A stretch of DNA of 64,000 nt from Owenia fusiformis (taxonomy: Eukaryota): positions 5,332,001 to 5,396,000 of the forward strand of contig CAIIXF020000001.1 of NCBI GenBank assembly GCA_903813345.2. The letters are read 5' to 3'. The first letter of the stretch is position 1. Each line of letters starts with the position of its first letter. A model generated the notes under the pieces. It saw nothing but the letters and a program-made list of their open reading frames with translations, did no database searches and was not told the DNA's origin. Made by a program: the position numbers and the translations under genes. Shown here in pieces: positions 34,686 to 49,333 of this stretch.

Positions 34686-37600
34686 TCAGACCTCTTAAAA
34701 CATATAAAACTCTTATTGCACTGCAAATTATGCTGAGATTAGAGAGATTTCGTAACTCACTTATAGAGTGTTTATACATTTTTGATTATAATTTTTGTCA
34801 TCATTTGTCGCATAATTCTTTACATCTATAATAGTAGCCATTGATTATAAAACATAGCATGACAGTACATGTAAGTGAGTTAACCCTGATCTAGTTCGGA
34901 CATATAATTGGTCTGGAACCACAGCAATAATTGGCATAAAGTTATATTATTAGTATTTAATCATCAATACAAACGAGAAATAGCTCTACGAATGATCATA
35001 AGTTATACTTTCCTCTATGAGTGAAATCTCTCACATATCTCACATTTTGTACAATGTTTTTAGCCCAACATTTCTAAAAGCTGTAATATGCATTCACCAG
35101 ATTTATGCGTAGCAGTTCAATTAAAATGAGATGAAGTTGCGGCATGCGAATACATTTTAGTTATTATAATATCCTGCTGTGTGAAACCTCTCTATGAACA
35201 CAAAGATATCTTCTCATTCTATATTTCTATTTGTGTATTTTAATAAAATCATCTTTAGCATTTTGAGAGTTATCTTTTGGGTACTTCATACAGATTACTT
35301 CAGATCTCTGATTATTAATAACTTAGATGTGTCTGAAGATCTGATATATTTGATACAAATGAGTCCTTCAGTTTGCTATTACCAAGCAGCACTTCAGTAA
35401 GGTCATATAAACACACTTATACTTATCTATACTAGTCTCAGATGTGTTAATTGAAGCCATATATTAAATACACACTTATTAATATTAACATACAGCATTG
35501 GTAATTAGATTTTTGAATGAATGGAGCCTATCATTAATATTTATTAACCCTTACTAAGATAAAAGCCAAATGAGCCTCAACACAGGAAAACTGATCTCAT
35601 CAAAAAATTAAAATTGTGCTACAGAGCCAAAAAATCGGTCCAAGATTAAGATGAAAATGTGCTAAATCCAAATCCATCTTTTTGGTCTATATCTGCGAGG
35701 AAAATTTGTTATGACATATGCCATGGCTCATTTGAAAGGTCTCTTTGTGCTTTTTAAGATATTGAAAAAATCTGTGATAAGACCCCTTTTCCTGTACCTT
35801 GACTCAAATACTGCTGATTCTAATCAGGTCACGTTGTACGTGAGATAAAATTGACATATGGCCAATGACATCACTTTGTGAGAATCCATCATCTTCAAAG
35901 TTGCTGCCTTTATGTCTTTTAGCCTCGCTATCTTTTTCAAATCTGGTTAACACTTCAACTTAAGTCTCTGCTATCACTTTGATCTCTCCGTCCAAAAAAG
36001 TTGCACTTAATATTCTGTGTTTTTGTATTCAGACTAGATTGATCACTGAACTTGAAATATACAAAGTGCACCAACTAAACCCAGTTTATATACAATATGC
36101 TGTACACACAGAAAATAACTTCTGCAATCGGAATAGCTTGAATTACACTGAAAATATGTTTTAATTTGAGCAATGTGATATGTTTTATTGGCAATATGAT
36201 ATGATTTACAAGCAATGTGATACATCTCAGTTTCTCAAGAGAGTTAAGTTTGATATATAAGCGGAAATTTGGAGCCAGAATCATTGATGAAATTTCCCCA
36301 CACTGTTTGCATTCTTTCATTTTTGCTAATAAAGTATATAAAATGTAATTCGAATTTGGCAACATAAAGCTCTTGACCAAATGAAGTTATAAAAGTATTA
36401 GTGAAGATTATTTTTCTCATGAGTTTTTTCATGAGGAAAAGTTTGAATTGTAGATTTGTAGTGAAGTCTAGGACATGGTAGAGTAAAGCATCTGATAAGA
36501 GAGATTATATTCAAAACTGCTCGGGTAAGGGGACAACCATTGAATCAGAAGCAGAGAACATTGATTAAATATTAAAATATTGAATTTTAATCTTTTAGAT
36601 CAAAAATTATGACTAATTTTATGTTCACATATTCTGAAAAATGGTTAACCTCTTGAATCCCAGGCTCTAAAATCAGTTGAAACCAAAGAGTTTTTCATTT
36701 TTGTAAGCTTTTGACATTCACTCTGAGTTTCAAAGTCATTTTTGAGGTGATGAGAAATCTCGTCACTCCATGTAGTAATGAGGTTAAACAACTATTTTAT
36801 GTTTTGGTAGTAAAGAACTTCATTATTTGGAAGTAAAGATTGGTCAAGAATAAAAGTCCCCAATTGTCTAATGATCCCCCCTTAATGGTGTAAAAAAGTC
36901 CCAAAAGGTCTAATGGTCCCCCCTAAATGATGTATCACCAGGAAGGAAGTAAAGATAAAGACTCAGACAAAAAACTCCCAAATTAGCAAATAAAACTTGA
37001 GCTCTGGATTAGTTTAACCTATGTTCCCCAGCACCATTAATTCTTAGTTTATGCTGTGGTACAAATTCTGCCAAATTGCGTTATGATGGAAATCAGGGGG
37101 CTCAATGTAGTTTCACATCACAGGATGTGGATTATTTATGGCACCCCTTTCAAGTTCATGTTTATCTGCAGGTTTCATCATTGTAAATATCATTTTATGG
37201 AATATTTGGTTACCTAATGTGACTGATCAACATTTATCTTATAAATTAGCCATCTGACAATATGATTAGATTTTCTATGAAATCCAATGGGTATGGACAA
37301 ATTCCTGATTGCGAATACTATAAGGTTAGGAGTGGCATGACTTCAATTTCACAGTAGATAGAAAAATTTCCTCCAATCGATTTTCATTTTCACTCAATAA
37401 TTTTGCCAAGTATTATAACGATGAAAAGTCAGAAAGTGATAGCTCTAAGATATCAAAAAGCACTATAGTTGATGAACTTTATTAATACTTTTCCAAAATA
37501 GTAAGGTTCACTGAGTCTTCTAAATCTGATGATCTTGGTAAATCCTTAGATAAGAATTAAACTAAAATTGGTGAGATCAACCATGAAAAGCAAAGCTGAC

Positions 37601-37743
37601 CTCAGGAAACAGCTTTCCATGATTAATTATGATGGTTTCATTTGCATCATATAACATTTTAACAGTTTTAAAATACTTTCATTTAACATGTGATGTTATA
37701 TTGTGAGCCTGTAGCAAATAATGAACCACATGTACAATATACT

Positions 37744-37906
37744 CAGGCCCGTAGCCAGGGGGGGGGGTTTGCAGCCCCTGGCCAAATATTCTTTCAAAAT
37801 CATGCAGTTTTTCACCACTATGAGCACTTCTCAAGCGATTTCAGCCATATTTGGACCAAAATTGTCAAATGTAAACCCCCCTTGGCAAATTCTGGCTACG
37901 GGCCTG
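37744..37906. mobile_element. hAT-like MITE with 5-bp TSD
   Basis: Perfect 15-bp TIR CAGGCCCGTAGCCAG; ATACT on both flanks. Confidence 0.85.
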
Positions 37907-37963
37907 ATACTTATCGTAACAACAAATATAATATCAATGTATTTTAGTAACCTTAGCACTTAC

Positions 37964-38080
37964 CAGAAATGCCTGTCATGGATGTATTTCTTCAGTGTTT
38001 CTTCTGTTTATGGTTGTTTCTCTGCAGTATGTAGTAATGGGAGAACTACCATCTTCTATGCAATTCTTGTCATTCCAATT
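37964..38080 (-). other. Candidate Sulf 5'UTR exon
   Basis: Strong acceptor tttgtttttcag| and donor CTG|GTAAGT, 117 nt, upstream of the first coding exon. Confidence 0.55.
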
Positions 38081-38977
38081 CTGAAAAACAAAACAAACTT
38101 CATTTCAAGTGGCATAAATGATAGAGTGCAAACTTTTTTCTAAAATTGTTTCAAAATCAGATTTCTAATAGGCTCATATCATTCCATCATACAATACTTT
38201 TAAAATTTTTACATACTTTAAAAGTGAAATATGATTCCATATTAAGGATTTTTGAGAGATGTGTAGGGTTGATATTTATATACAAAAATCAGGTCAGCTA
38301 ATGTTTTATTTTGATTGTAACACTCTCTCTGACTTAAATATATCAGAACTTTTGGTAAAAAAACAATCTGACACCTAAACTACATGTATATGGGATGGGT
38401 GTCCATAGAATTACATCCAAATTTTACATTTGTATCAACATTTCTGTTATTTATCAGAATTTTTCTCCCAGATTCTAACTGACTGAGTGATTATTTGTTT
38501 GTATAGGCCAGGCTCTGCAAGTGTGACTTGGCTAGTTATATGCAGTTTCCTATCAAAACAATTGTCCAGCTATGATAGCACATAAATAAGCAGAGTCAAT
38601 GACCACAAACTAGCCATGTAACCAAGAATAACAAACCAGAGATCTAATGCCAGATAACCCAAAGAGATAACGAGAGACAGTTTCTGACCACCTCTCTTAT
38701 AAAAATGGAGAACAGAAAAATTAGAATCTTGAAAAGTCAGTGTCTGTCTAATTATTTTAAACTGGAAAACAGCAACTCTTTGGGGTAGCAAATTCCACCA
38801 AACAAAACCTTTTTGGACATTACATGGTAGAAATAACCAGGAAATAGTTAAGTAGTATTGAATCCTAAGAATTACTTCCAAATTTTACATTTGCATTGAA
38901 TCCCAAACTGGAATTTAAGTTAAAACGTCAGTCTCCGAGCCTTTCGTCCAGTGCCATCCATACCTCCTGTGCCTTAC

Positions 38978-39450
38978 CTCATGCAGTTGTTTAAATTCCC
39001 GCGAAATTTACCCTTCTAAATATTTTGACCTGCTTCAAAAAATATATTTCTTTGCGTTTGCTACTGATTTTATTCGTTATAGTTTATAAAATGTTTATTT
39101 TTAATGTAGTTAGAACTCATTCATAAGAAAAATATTCAGTAATTCGTAACAAACTGTTAAAAACGAATACTTAGGAATTTGCAAGGACAGAAATTGTTTA
39201 TTAACACCGTTGCTATGCAGTTCGTTTTGAAGTGACGTCATCCCCATATTCGTAATCTTAATCGTCTAATAAACGAATACCACGTGTCGATGTGATGTTT
39301 TAATCAAGAAAATTACATTTCTTACATATTTCTTTATCTTGTTGTTAGATAACAAATTATGATATTGGTGAACTCGCCAGAAATTAACATAATATTATTT
39401 GAAGCGTTTTTAGAAAATTTTGACACCGCCATCTTGAAATCGTGTAGTAA
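38978..39450 (-). promoter_or_regulatory. Candidate proximal Sulf promoter / alternative first exon
   Basis: Local CpG enrichment; donor GAG|GTAAGG at 38977; E2F-like TTTCGCGGGAA 38996-39006, CRE TGACGTCA 39233-39240, E-box CACGTG 39281, YY1-like CCGCCATCTT 39426. Confidence 0.45.
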
Positions 39451-42019
39451 TGTTGAACCCAGTGATTATCGATCTTGACATTTTACAATTTGTTGCTCTG
39501 CAGAGATTTTTACCTAAAAACACATCAAATACAACATTGATCACCAATTTCGATGGTAAAATCATTTGTAAACGTTATGATTTGTAAAACGATAAAGTTT
39601 TGGCATTGTTGATTTCGTAATAAAGAAAGTACTAATTTCTGAAGCTTTCTAAGATCGTGCCCCGGGAATTTTAGAACTATTTTAACAACGTCAGAGAGGT
39701 AGTGAAGGTACGCAACGAACGAAATGAATTGTGAGAATGTTAAAACGTTTTCATGAAAATGGAAGCCATTTTGAATTGAGCAGCCATCTCGAAAATTCCT
39801 GCTTAAGGAGAGCATCAGTATATAAATTTGAACCAAATCTGTTAACTAGTATTTGAGTTATCACTCGGACATACAAACAGGCCGATGAACTAATGAACTG
39901 CTTCTCCATATCCCTATGAATTATGAACTACATTTGGTCTGTAGGTTCTAGAAGATGAACAACACTTTATCATGATGTCTAAGAAAAATACAACAGAAAA
40001 AAACTTCTGTTTGACACCTTTACACAATTTAATTTTGTAGGTAGTCCTAAAAATTCTTATGTAATTTTACATCTAACAAAGTTCATTTATCATTCATTCA
40101 AAAAACTGTATTAATATTGTGACAATGATACATCACTCTGATGTTTTAAATTCTGTCATGTTGTATTTGTATTTTACAACATCTCATATTTTTGTATTTT
40201 ATATTTTGTGATGCTGTAATTGTATTTTACAACTTTGTATATTTTCTATGAAGTAGTTAGTTTAGTCTTAGTTTAATTTTGTATATTGTAATTTGTAGTG
40301 ACTAATATGTCATTGCAATGACATCAGAGAGTCAATAAAAGATGTATATATATAAATAAGATAATTATAGCATACTTATAGTCATTTATGTATACCAAGC
40401 CTATAAATCTCCATTAGATATGCCAATAAAGATGGATAAGTGGGGGAGATGTTAACCAATCAGGGACAGCATGTAAGATCACATGATACTATTGTGTAGG
40501 TGCCAGAAATGTCACAGCAACACTAATTATATCAGCTCGTCACTTTCAATATTTTAAATTTCAATAATTTCAAATATCAGTACAATTTGTATCTAATCCT
40601 GCAGTCATGTTTTAAATATTTTCACGAAACATGACAAGTCCCTTTGTAAATAATGTGAAGCATGATCTAATGTACAGCTAAAACATACATTTTCCATGTT
40701 TGTATTGCTAAGCCCATAGACTACCAATTTCACTTAATGCCATACACATTTTTGATTCTGAAATACATTTCATTTGATTGGAAACCTACTATGGGACGAC
40801 GTATTGCATTTATGTTTTGAAAATGGCTATCACAACAAATATATTGTCAGTATAGAAAATGTATAAATGATTAAACATTTCTGAAATCTCTTGAAAAATT
40901 ATTATTCGTCCTTAAGTTCTGTTAATATATAGATTCTATCTCATATATGTGATCATATTTATCCCAAGCATGATATTTGGCAATTTTCACATTTATCTAT
41001 ATAAAAAATAATTTAGGCATAGCTTAGTCAATTCCGAACTGGCTAAACCCCCTTGGGTCTGTACATAACAATACTGGGAAATATGGGACTGTATCTACAA
41101 ATGATTATTAATATTACAGATGTATATGTATCTCACCTAATTATTCTCTTTCAAGTAAACTGAAGAAAACCTAAGCAGAAAAACTAATGAATTTTAAATA
41201 GTCACAATGAGCAAAAACATAAAAATACATGTATTAACAAGTAATCTATCCAAAATACAAAGGGTTACTTCTGTCAATTTTCAACCAAATAGCACAATAC
41301 TTCTTAAAAACATCCAAACCTGTGTTGCTTATGATGAAATCTAAGTGAGGTTTCAAGTAATTCTCATGACCTCCCCTATACCCCAACTAATGATCATCTA
41401 CTGATCTAAACCAGAATGCCTCTGGGTGATTTACCATATCCAGCCGTCTGGTTTTACAAGGTATTATAGGTATTGAAGAACAAGTTCAAAATTAGGCAAG
41501 AAATGCTGTTTTGCAATAAAGAAAAAAATATGTAAAGAGCCTGTTAATTCTTTGTTTTAACCATTTTGGACAGTTGAAACAAACCCCAATCAAGAATGAT
41601 GAATGGACAGAGCTAAATGCATCTAGCCTTCTAAAAAAGAATGTTAAACATTCTATCATTTGTCCATATTGCTTTGCATAATCTAGAAATAGACTTATTA
41701 GGCAGAATAAGATGAAGGCCTTCTGTAGCTGTGACATTCCTTTGAAAAAAAACAAGTTCCCCTTTAGTTTGCTTTGGGCAATACCCAATTCTCTCATGAA
41801 AAGTATTATTAGTATATAATTCTTAATAATAACTTCTAATAGGTAAGTAACAAGACTATCTGCAATGATCATTTAGCTTTTATATAAATATATAACTGTT
41901 ATAATCGTTTTTACAATATACATATTTAAATGCAAACTTAATTTGTATATCCATGTTAAATCAGACAAGCCACTCTCTCTTCATCCTAAACAGCATAAAT
42001 ATTATCATGACAAATTCCT

Positions 42020-42315
42020 ATCAAATTGCTTAAAAAGATTATTTCAGGAGGAGGGGTACAGAAACCAGACATTTAGTAGCAGGAATTGAAAATATCACAT
42101 AAAAGATTAAAAGTACATAATGAAAACCGGAACAAATTGCTCAAAATTATTATTTCAAGGGGAAGGGGGTCCAGAAACCAGACTTTTGGAGGCAGGAATT
42201 GAAAATATCACATAAAAGTACATGACGAAAACCAAGAACAAATTGCTCAAAATTATTATTTCAAGAGGAATGGGGTCCAGAAACCAGACATTTGGTGGCA
42301 GAAATTAAAATTGTC
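42020..42315 (+). repeat. ~105-115 bp tandem repeat, about 3 copies
   Basis: AAATTGCTCAAAATTATTATTTCAAG...CAGAAACCAGAC...GGAATTGAAAATATCACATAAAAG repeated. Confidence 0.8.
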
Positions 42316-42553
42316 AAGCTAACATAACCCAAGCCTGATTCTCAAGTTCCTTGACTTTAGCTTTAATATAAGGGGTTAAGTCAGTAAGTCAACATCTAGG
42401 AAAAACAGAAATAATAATAATAATAACTCCCATCCTACCCCTTCAAAACAAACTTATAACTGTTTATTTGCATGTGGTGTGACGAGCTAAAGTAAACACC
42501 TTCATTGGACTGTTTGCTGAACTGAAAAACTGCATCTTAGTCATATGCAAACA

Positions 42554-44615
42554 CAGGCCTCCTAGACTTCCAACAACGCGAACATCAGTTCTGATACCGC
42601 GAACTACGTTCCTTGCACTCGAACCACGAATCTCATATCGCGAATGTGAAATCTTATGTCGCGCACCACCATTTCCTTGTTTCCGAACATATTTCTTGTA
42701 CCGCGCACAAAGATCCGTTACCGCGAACCACGCATCTGATCGAAAAAAGTCCGTAATTTTGTTCGTATTATTACGCATAAGTTTAATTCCAAAGAGGTGT
42801 TTTCATGTGGAATGCGGAAGAAATATTTTCCAAGTTTTTCATGCATGTGAATGAATATCCAATCATTGACGATAACAGTATTTTCAAGCTCTAGGGAACA
42901 CAAAATATTGGGACTACCTTGCAATCACGCGCATTGACATTTTCAGTGAAAGGGCTGGGTAATAACAACAAAAACCTGACTTATGAGTAACAACACGTAT
43001 GGCCAAATTAGTGACATCTTCCGATCACAGGGCTTCAAAATCCAGAATATCTTCTTTCTCTTTACCAGCTTTTTCCAAATTTGTCCATTTGAGCCGATGA
43101 TTGCATCATAATAAAGAAATGAGTTACCCTATGTACAATATTCCTGATTTTATAGAATACTTGATGTGCTATATCTGTCGCTCCAGCTACTGATAATTTG
43201 AAGATGCTACCCTTTGCCTGTCAACGTTTTAGATGAAAACTTAACTTAAATGTTGCCCCCTCCCCCATTACGGCTTGTGGGATTAACTGTTTACATACAG
43301 TAAATATCATCCTGATAAAGATTTTAACACTTGGTTTTTGTTTCAAAACATATCAAATGACTACTAAATCGCAATTTTAGGGTAAGGGCTAAGAATACTT
43401 TATCTGTCTAATCTTTGACCGTCTGAAATAAATGTGTGTTGACGAGTCCTGTAGTTAATTAATCTTGGTTTTAAAACCGAAGCTTTCATTGTGGGCTGTT
43501 CTGCCCCACGCATGGGCCATTTTGCCCTACTCTCAACATTATTTTTCGAACACTCTGAAAAATCACAGAAAATGTGAAATATAATCCCTTCATAAGATGG
43601 AACATGAAAGTTCGCGATGATTGACAGATTAGAAAAACCTCTGCACGGATCAAACTATTATGAGGGCCGTTTTGCCCCATGTTCCCAAAAAATTCCTGAC
43701 TTCAGCAACCAGGACGATATCTGACCCAAGACATGTGGAGCGCTAAAATGTCGGACCCTTTTTTTCTGGGCCCATCTCAGAGGGTGGGGCGGGCCAGTGC
43801 ATCTACACAGAACACAGCCATAACTGATTACTACAATGTAGGTGTACTGTATAAAAGTAAACCTTGTAGTTAAAGGTCGCATGATGCAGTGTGACCAGGA
43901 TCACACTGACCATGGTCAGAATGACCTTAGACATGATGAAATAACTTTTTCAGTCCTCTGAAAAGGTCACTGTAAATAGCTTTAAGTAGGAGCATAGGAA
44001 AGTCTTTTGAATTTTTCAGAAAATGTGCCCAATATATTGCTCTAAATGATAAAATCTTTAAAATTTTAGAAACTTGTCTGAAAAAATGGCGGTCATAAAA
44101 AGGAAAAAAATATCGCTTTTACAAATGACATCTCCCATTACACCACACCGTGCGCAGATACTCTCTGATCCCAAAAATGAATGACTGTGGGACGCAGTGC
44201 TTTCCTTTGACACATCATTTAAAGCCCTGCCAACTCGGGGCGTGGATGTTAATCTTAAGATTACGTTTCAAAATACAGTGACGAATGGGTCATCTAACAT
44301 GCAAGTGCATACTTTTCATAGGAACGAAAGTACGGCGAAAGCGGAGGAGAAACTGAATTTCGTTTCCTTGTTTCACTCCGTTGCATGGTATATACATGTA
44401 ACTCGGAATCCCAAACACCCGGATGTATTATGTACAAATTGTTCGCGGTAACGGATCTCTGTGCGAGATACAAGAAATATGTTCGGAAACAAGGAAATGG
44501 TGGTGCGCGACATAAGATTTCACGTTCGCGATGTAAGATTCGTGGTTCGAGTGCAAGGAACGTAGTTCGCGGTATCAGAACTGATGTTCGCGTTGTTGGA
44601 AGTCTAGGAGGCCTG
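42554..44615. mobile_element. 2.06-kb non-autonomous hAT-like element with ~175-bp TIRs and 5-bp TSD
   Basis: CAGGCCTCCTAGACTTCC... / ...GGAAGTCTAGGAGGCCTG; AAACA on both flanks. Confidence 0.9.
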
Positions 44616-46227
44616 AAACATGTATCTCCTTTAATATCAGAAGCAGTTTAAAACATGTAAACTGGATTACCTTAAGGTCCCATGGTACTTAATAGACAGG
44701 AAATGACAAAATCATGCTGGATATTGAATATTTTTTTAACCAGTCCAGTCCAACTAGTTCCACATATCATTTACATGACCAGGATCACGATGTCTATGGT
44801 CAAAATGACCCTAAACATGAGGAAATAACTTTTTCAGCCCTCTGAAAATGTGACTGAAATTAGCTAAAAGTAGCACCTCGGGAAAGGTCACTGAACAGAA
44901 TCTTTTGAATTTTTTAGAAAATCTGCACAATATATTGCTCTAACTGATACAAGCTTTGGAATTTTGAAAAATTATCTGAAACAAAAATGGTGATCATAAA
45001 AAGGAAAACATATCTCTTTTAATTTTTTTTTCTTCTAAAAACGATATCCATTTTTCAAAGTCAAATACAGCAATTTTGGCAGAAAAGGGATTACTCACTG
45101 TACTGTACTCCTTTTATCCCCTCCTCAACAAAAACAATTAGTGTTTTGCTAGATTGATTTTGATATTTTGACTCAACCCCTAAGAAATGTTTGAACTTCC
45201 AAAATCTCTAGACAAACCCTTCAAGTTCAGGGATGATTATCACTACACAGAGCAGCCTACTGCCACATTACTTTCAATTTTACACACTTGCTTTCTAATT
45301 TTACAATTTCCAAAATTATCTTTACCAGCATGTAGATGTTTGTACAAGCAACTCCCCTGCTGTTGATTTGTTTTCATTTTCAGGATAACCACATGCAAAT
45401 AATTCAATATTTCACAATAGAAAACAAAGATTAACAGAAGGCCTGGCATGATAAAATGTTTCATTGTGAACATAAGGCATGAGTAAATGTTAATAGCACC
45501 CAAGAGGGGATGACTAACTGGTAAAATAATGAAACAGTTTGTGGAAAACAATATTATTCATATATGAATGAAATGAAACAGCATAACAAATCAATGTAGA
45601 TTCCTAATTTGTAAAAGAGAGTCCAAACATTCCTGGGCTTCAATCATTTGTCTCAGGTCAGATCACAATCTAACTACTTTTTCATCTTTTTTGATCTCTG
45701 TTATTTGGCTAAAATACCCTGCCCCCCCCCCCTTGGGTGGGTCCAGAAAAAAAATTGGACCTAAAAGATTTTTGGGCGAAAAAAGGAAGGCCCCAAAAAG
45801 TGGGCCTTTTTGGTCATTTCTGGATCTTGTAAGGCCTTATTTTTTAATTTCAAGCCAAATTTTGAAGAAAATGGGCCTCAAAATTTCAAAAAAATAATTT
45901 CTGACCTGAAATTTGCCCCCCCTTGTTGGTTCCCAGATTAGCCCCTGTAGTATACAAACATTTACAAACATTTTCATTCATACAGCTAGAATATACACCT
46001 TTTCTGTGACTGATTTTAACTGATCTGAGACATCAAAGACTCAATAACAGTTCCTTTCTAGAAGCAAGGGGTGCGAAAGGGAGAAGCTTGATCACTTGTG
46101 TTCATCCTACTCATAGGAATATGTCTCATCACATCATTCCATTTTACTAAATGCCAACCTAATTTAACACTGTGTATATTGAAAACAGGACCCTTCAAAG
46201 CATCCAACATCACAAATAACATAAATA

Positions 46228-46782
46228 CCGTATTAGCCGTAATTGGCACCCATGTCCCTATAAGCGCCCCCCCCCCAGACTTTAGAGGCGCGAGAGGCCC
46301 GACTTAAGAAATCCAGTGGGCAACAATAGAGTACTTGCTGGTTTTAAATACTTTTTGCAGTTTTGCAAAGAATATTCCAGCTTGAATATGTCACTCTTTT
46401 CACCATTACATGTATATAATGTTGGTAATTCAAGTCAGTATCTATTATTTTGACATCTACCGGTGATTTTTCCAGTAATATTGCCACCTCGTTTCACTAT
46501 GTGTTGAAAATAGTCAGTCCCGAAATGCAATCCAAAATGAGGCTGAGAAGAAATAAGTTTATATCTTCTTCCTATCAACTTGTCGATTAATATACTGATG
46601 TAACTATATGTTTTATATTCCAGCAAAAAGAGCAAGATAGGTAAGAACCCCACAGTTCATGCAAACGTGGCGAATTACACCAATTTTTTCTCAGTCGTGA
46701 CTCATATGAGCACTAATAAGGACAATTTTTTGAACTGTTATGACTTACTTTAAGCACCCGGCACCAATCACGGCTAATACGG
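46228..46782. mobile_element. Tc1/mariner (pogo-like) MITE
   Basis: TA|CCGTATTAGCCGT ... ACGGCTAATACGG|TG. Confidence 0.8.
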
Positions 46783-48234
46783 TGTGTATGTTCTTGGTAC
46801 GAAGGACTTACCTATTTCTTAGTCATCCCTAACACATAAATATCCTTCAATATTTATCTGCATCAGTATCTGTATCAATTATTCATAAGCCAATATAACA
46901 AACCTACCAGACTTAATAATGTCCTAAATAATATTTGTATCTTCATGTATCTCCTCAATGAAGTTCTCTTGCGTGTGATCCTCTCAACTAATGTAGGTCC
47001 CTCTGGCCTAACTCACCTTTTACTTCATATATATATCAAAACCATATCATCTAGTTATCAAGTGGCAGTCTCATTTTTGTTTGCTATGTTTTTATTAGAA
47101 CATGTTCTTAACCACATAGGAATTATTCTTATTTTAATTTGAAAATTAAAAAAATCATTTCTTATTTTCCTGAAAAGTTAAACAACATGATATTTTTCCT
47201 TGAATTTGTTCAATTCAATCTTTAAATGAGACGTGAAAAAATCTAAAACCTATAATTTAAAGATGTTTGTAAAATTTTATGTAAAATATTAATTTCTAAA
47301 GAATAAACTCTTAACAAAATCCCACTTACTTAGTTTCTACTAAATGCAAATGGTCTAGTGGCCTCAAACTAACAGAGTAGATTTTACATGCTACAAAATA
47401 TGATATAAAACATGTTTTTCTGCTCACAGTTCTCAAGAGAAGTCCAATTTTAGAATCCTGATGTTTTGTTTATTTTTCTTAAATCCAAAATTACTCTTAT
47501 ATTTCTATTGCCTAAATGAATCTTTCTCAGTCGTAGAGAAGACGTCTTAAAGTATAGAGAGACAGACAATAGAGCTCTCAATAAGAGACTCTGAGTGGTT
47601 TTGAGTGCTTGTAGATAGCACGTTTAATCTCAATCCTTGTACTGAATATAACAAAGTCTTCTCACATTCATGTTGTTCTTCACATGATATAAGCAACAGA
47701 GTCTGCTATACTAAACTAGCACTTGAGAGATAATGCAGTACAAATCTCACTTTTCATTTTCAACATTGAATTGCAATCTGGAGTGTTGGGGACCAGTCAT
47801 TTTTGCTCATATAGTTATTATCTTCAGAAATCCTGTTTTTTAGCAGATTGATCAATCTTTTTCATATTGGTATTTTCAAATCATAGCTTTAAGAGCGATG
47901 GTTATACTGATTTCTTTGATATGAACCACAGCAGAATTTACCATTTTACAAAGAAAAACATTAGGTTTTTGAAATTTAAATACAGTAGCAGCATCAATCA
48001 ACACCTAAAATAAACCAACCATAGTTAAAGAGGAAAATACTATTTCTCCAACATACAGTATGTAAAACAATGTAAGAAACCGTAAAAAAGTTTTATGAAC
48101 ATTATGAAATTAGAAAACAGAAAGCAAGCATCTTTAACAATGCTGACAAATCCATTTGATTTTATCTACTTATATGAATTGTTCTAAAATACAACCTGTG
48201 TCCCTTTAGTGTTCCGAATGATTTTTTCACTACT

Positions 48235-49333
48235 TTGGAAAATAAGTGGTCCAAATCCCATTCGTCCGAATCCTAATGGTCCGAATCCCGCCTTGTAACG
48301 CTTTATTTCAACATCAATGTAAAGATGCAAGAAATGTGTGATTATTAAATAAAATCGATTCCCCGTTTATATGTTTCTTGGAAATATTACGTTTGGGTCT
48401 TTCATTTTTCATTCCTTGCTGCCAATACGAGTTTGAGAGTTAAACAGCCATTCACCTTATTTATTCCTTGTTTGAATGAAACACCCATTAAAGCAAAAAC
48501 GTCAGATTAAGCCCACCATTTTTAATATTATGGAGAAGATTTTTGGATGTCTTGATAAAAGGTTCTTACTCATTTTAATTTTAAATATGTACATGTATGT
48601 CATATGAACAAATAGTTTCTTTATATCCTATCTTGAATATTGCCCACAAAGCCATACTATAATCAGGTTATCGTATCATACCTGGTGTTGATAAAGTCTA
48701 TTTACAATTACAATACAGATGCTGTGTAAACTGTAGAAATAATTTAAGGACACCCTGTACATCAAGTAGAACAGTTAGGCTCACTTAACTGATTCAATTT
48801 CCTAAATTCAAAATCGACAAAATCGCATTTCCCAAATTATACTCCAAATTCATCACTTCTCAACTAAGCATTTCCAAAAAAAAGATTCACAATATTAGTT
48901 TAAGGTTATTGAATTGTGACAGTAAATGCTCGAATAAGCAATCATTTTGAACAGAAAAGCAACTCATTTGCTCGTATATTTACTGATTCTTTAGAACGTT
49001 CAAAAATTAATCAATTGATTTGAATGTTAAAACTAAAGATGCTTTATTACCCAGCGTACAAAAGATAACAGAAAGTTAATCATTAATACACACCAATAAG
49101 GTGTGTATTAATGATTAACTTTCCTGTTATCTCAAAATCTGATTGGAACTATACCATTGGATTACTATGGGAAATTCCTCAAAGAGAAAATTCTTGGGAT
49201 TAAGGAAGGGGCTAAAACATTATGCAAAGTCTTTCTAATTTCTGTCATGCTATTTCCTTATGGTCCCTCACGATTGGGATTCGGACGAAAGGGGATTCAG
49301 ATGATTGGGATTCGGACAAATGATGTGTCCTCC
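48235..49333. mobile_element. Degenerate TIR element with 15-bp subterminal repeats
   Basis: (TCCGAATCCC) x3 at left, (GGGATTCGGA) x3 at right; ends uncertain. Confidence 0.55.

Noticed and set aside
38760-38855. Plus-strand NWKTATLWG resembling Sulf HWKTAPLW
   Set aside because: Short match on the opposite strand with no flanking similarity; likely chance.
42464-44651. Paired ORFs sharing FAVTDLCARYKKYVRKQG
   Set aside because: Translations of the two TIRs of the hAT-like element.
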